A program made the position numbers and the translations under genes. The notes under the pieces were generated by a model. The model saw only the letters and a list, made by a program, of their open reading frames with translations, had not been told where the DNA came from and searched no databases. Positions 63,101 to 64,000 of a stretch of DNA of 64,000 bases are shown one piece after another. Origin of the DNA: Eledone cirrhosa (Eukaryota); NCBI GenBank assembly GCA_964016885.1, contig OZ024758.1:40052001-40116000 (forward strand), in the 5' to 3' direction. How positions within the stretch are numbered: position 1 is the first letter of the stretch; each line of letters starts with the position of its first letter.

Positions 63101-64000
63101 TAGCTTAGGATAGCTTAGCTTAGCTTAGCTTAGGATAGCTTAGCTTAGCTTAGCTTAGCTTAGGATAGCTTAGCTTAGCTTAGCTTAGGATAGCTTAGGA
63201 TAGCTTAGCTTAGGATAGCTTAGGATAGCTTAGCTTAGGATAGCTTAGGATAGCTTAGCTTAGGATAGCTTAGGATAGCTTAGCTTAGGATAGCTTAGGA
63301 TAGCTTAGCTTAGGATAGCTTAGCTTAGGATAGCTTAGGATAGCTTAGCTTAGCTTAGCTTAGGATAGCTTAGCTTAGCTTAGCTTAGGATAGCTTAGCT
63401 TAGCTTAGCTTAGGATAGCTTAGCTTGGGATAGCTTAGGATAGCTTAGCTTAGGATAGCTTAGCTTAGGATAGCTTAGGATAGCTTAGCTTAGCTTAGCT
63501 TAGGATAGCTTACCTTAGCTTAGGATAGATTAGCTTAGCTTAGCTTAGGATAGCTTAGCTTAGCTTAGGATAGCTTAGCTTAGCTTAGCTTAGGATAGCT
63601 TAGCTTAGGATAGCTTAGCTTAGGATAGCTTAGCTTAGGATAGCTTAGCTTAGGATAGCTTAGATTAGGATAGCTTAGCTTAGCTTAGGTTAGCTTAGCT
63701 TAGCTTAGCTTAGGATAGCTTAGCTTAGGATAGCTTAGGATAGCTTAGCTTAGCTTAGCTTAGGATAGCTTAGCTTAGCTTAGCTCAGTATAGCTTAGCT
63801 TAGCTTAGCTTAGGATAGCTTAGCTTAGCTTAGCTTAGGATAGCTTAGCTTAGCTTAGGATAGCTTAGCTTAGCTTAGCTTAGGATAGCTTAGCTTAGCT
63901 TAGCTTAGGATAGCTTAGCTTAGCTTAGCTTAGGATAGCTTAGCTTAGCTTAGTTTAGGATAGCTTAGGTTAGGATAGCTTAGCTTAGCTTAGCTTAGGA
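58140..64000 (+). repeat. Copy 2 of the long-range duplicated satellite block (runs off window end)
   Basis: CTTTG 58140, CTTAA 58255, GTAG 58565, CTTTG 59664, CATAG 59714, CTTAC 60379, CTTAC 61219, CTTGG 61724, TATAG 62094, GATAA 62929, CTTAC 63509. The offset from copy 1 is about 57,590-57,650, and exactly 57,618 from 3601 to 5911. Confidence 0.9.

Larger units (their letters stand above)
1..64000 (+). repeat. Compound pentanucleotide satellite array [GATAG(CTTAG)n], n mostly 1-4; extends beyond both window edges
   Basis: Every line parses into CTTAG and GATAG 5-mers with sparse single-base variants. Both monomers are 40% GC. Orientation is the same throughout and no non-repeat sequence was seen. 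Confidence 0.99.

Noticed and set aside
1-64000. Protein-coding ORFs on either strand
   Set aside because: TAG every 5 bp closes all + frames within about 15 bp. On the - strand each A unit gives TAA, leaving only very short open stretches. ATG is nearly absent.
1-64000. CRISPR array, iterons or other prokaryotic repeat system
   Set aside because: There are no unique spacers, no 23-50 bp conserved repeat alternating with variable sequence, no leader and no adjacent genes.
1-64000. Canonical (TTAGG)n telomere or G-quadruplex array
   Set aside because: TTAGG occurs singly at A-B junctions and is almost never tandem (only at GTTAG variants). GG tracts are 10-25 bp apart and GGG is rare.
1-64000. 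A/B string as an information-bearing code or a synthetic/simulated sequence
   Set aside because: There is no evidence of a decoding system. Nested duplications with shared and private point variants are adequately explained by natural satellite evolution.
1-64000. GATA-factor-like sites (GATAG) as regulatory elements
   Set aside because: The context is GGATAG, which does not match the WGATAR consensus, and there is no gene nearby. Occurrence is a by-product of the monomer.
1-64000. Assignment to a named satellite such as the Parascaris germline-limited pentamer/decamer or Drosophila AATAG/AAGAG satellites
   Set aside because: Only the unit lengths are similar and the sequences differ. No organism assignment is supportable without a search.
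1-64000. A single fixed higher-order repeat length across the window
   Set aside because: Marker offsets vary by region (about 0.8, 1.45, 1.6, 1.9-2.1, 2.8 and 3.4-3.5 kb), so no uniform HOR is supported.

Overview
The whole 64 kb window is a single uninterrupted simple-sequence satellite array in one orientation. It is built from two 5-bp monomers, CTTAG (A) and GATAG (B), arranged as B followed by a short variable run of A (usually 1-4, rarely 5-7). I saw no tandem B-B and no unique sequence, genes, RNA genes, transposon insertions or inversions. TAG occurs every 5 bp, which closes all + strand frames. Rare single-base variant monomers (for example CTTGG, CCTAG, GATGG, GAAAG, GATTG, CTTAC, GAGAG and 4-bp GTAG) act as markers and reveal a hidden hierarchy. 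This includes local tandem duplications of about 0.8, 1.45, 1.6-1.7, 1.9-2.1, 2.8 and 3.4-3.5 kb, marker cassettes shared between distant regions, and a repeat of at least 5.8 kb at an offset of about 57.6 kb linking the start and end of the window. One 3.5 kb copy (about 43.1-46.7 kb) carries a dense cluster of private 1-bp indels, which suggests a low-quality or falsely duplicated assembly segment. The most likely identity (inference) is eukaryotic heterochromatic satellite DNA, either centromeric/pericentromeric or telomere-derived. The organism cannot be determined from the sequence. All coordinates were read by eye and duplication boundaries are approximate.
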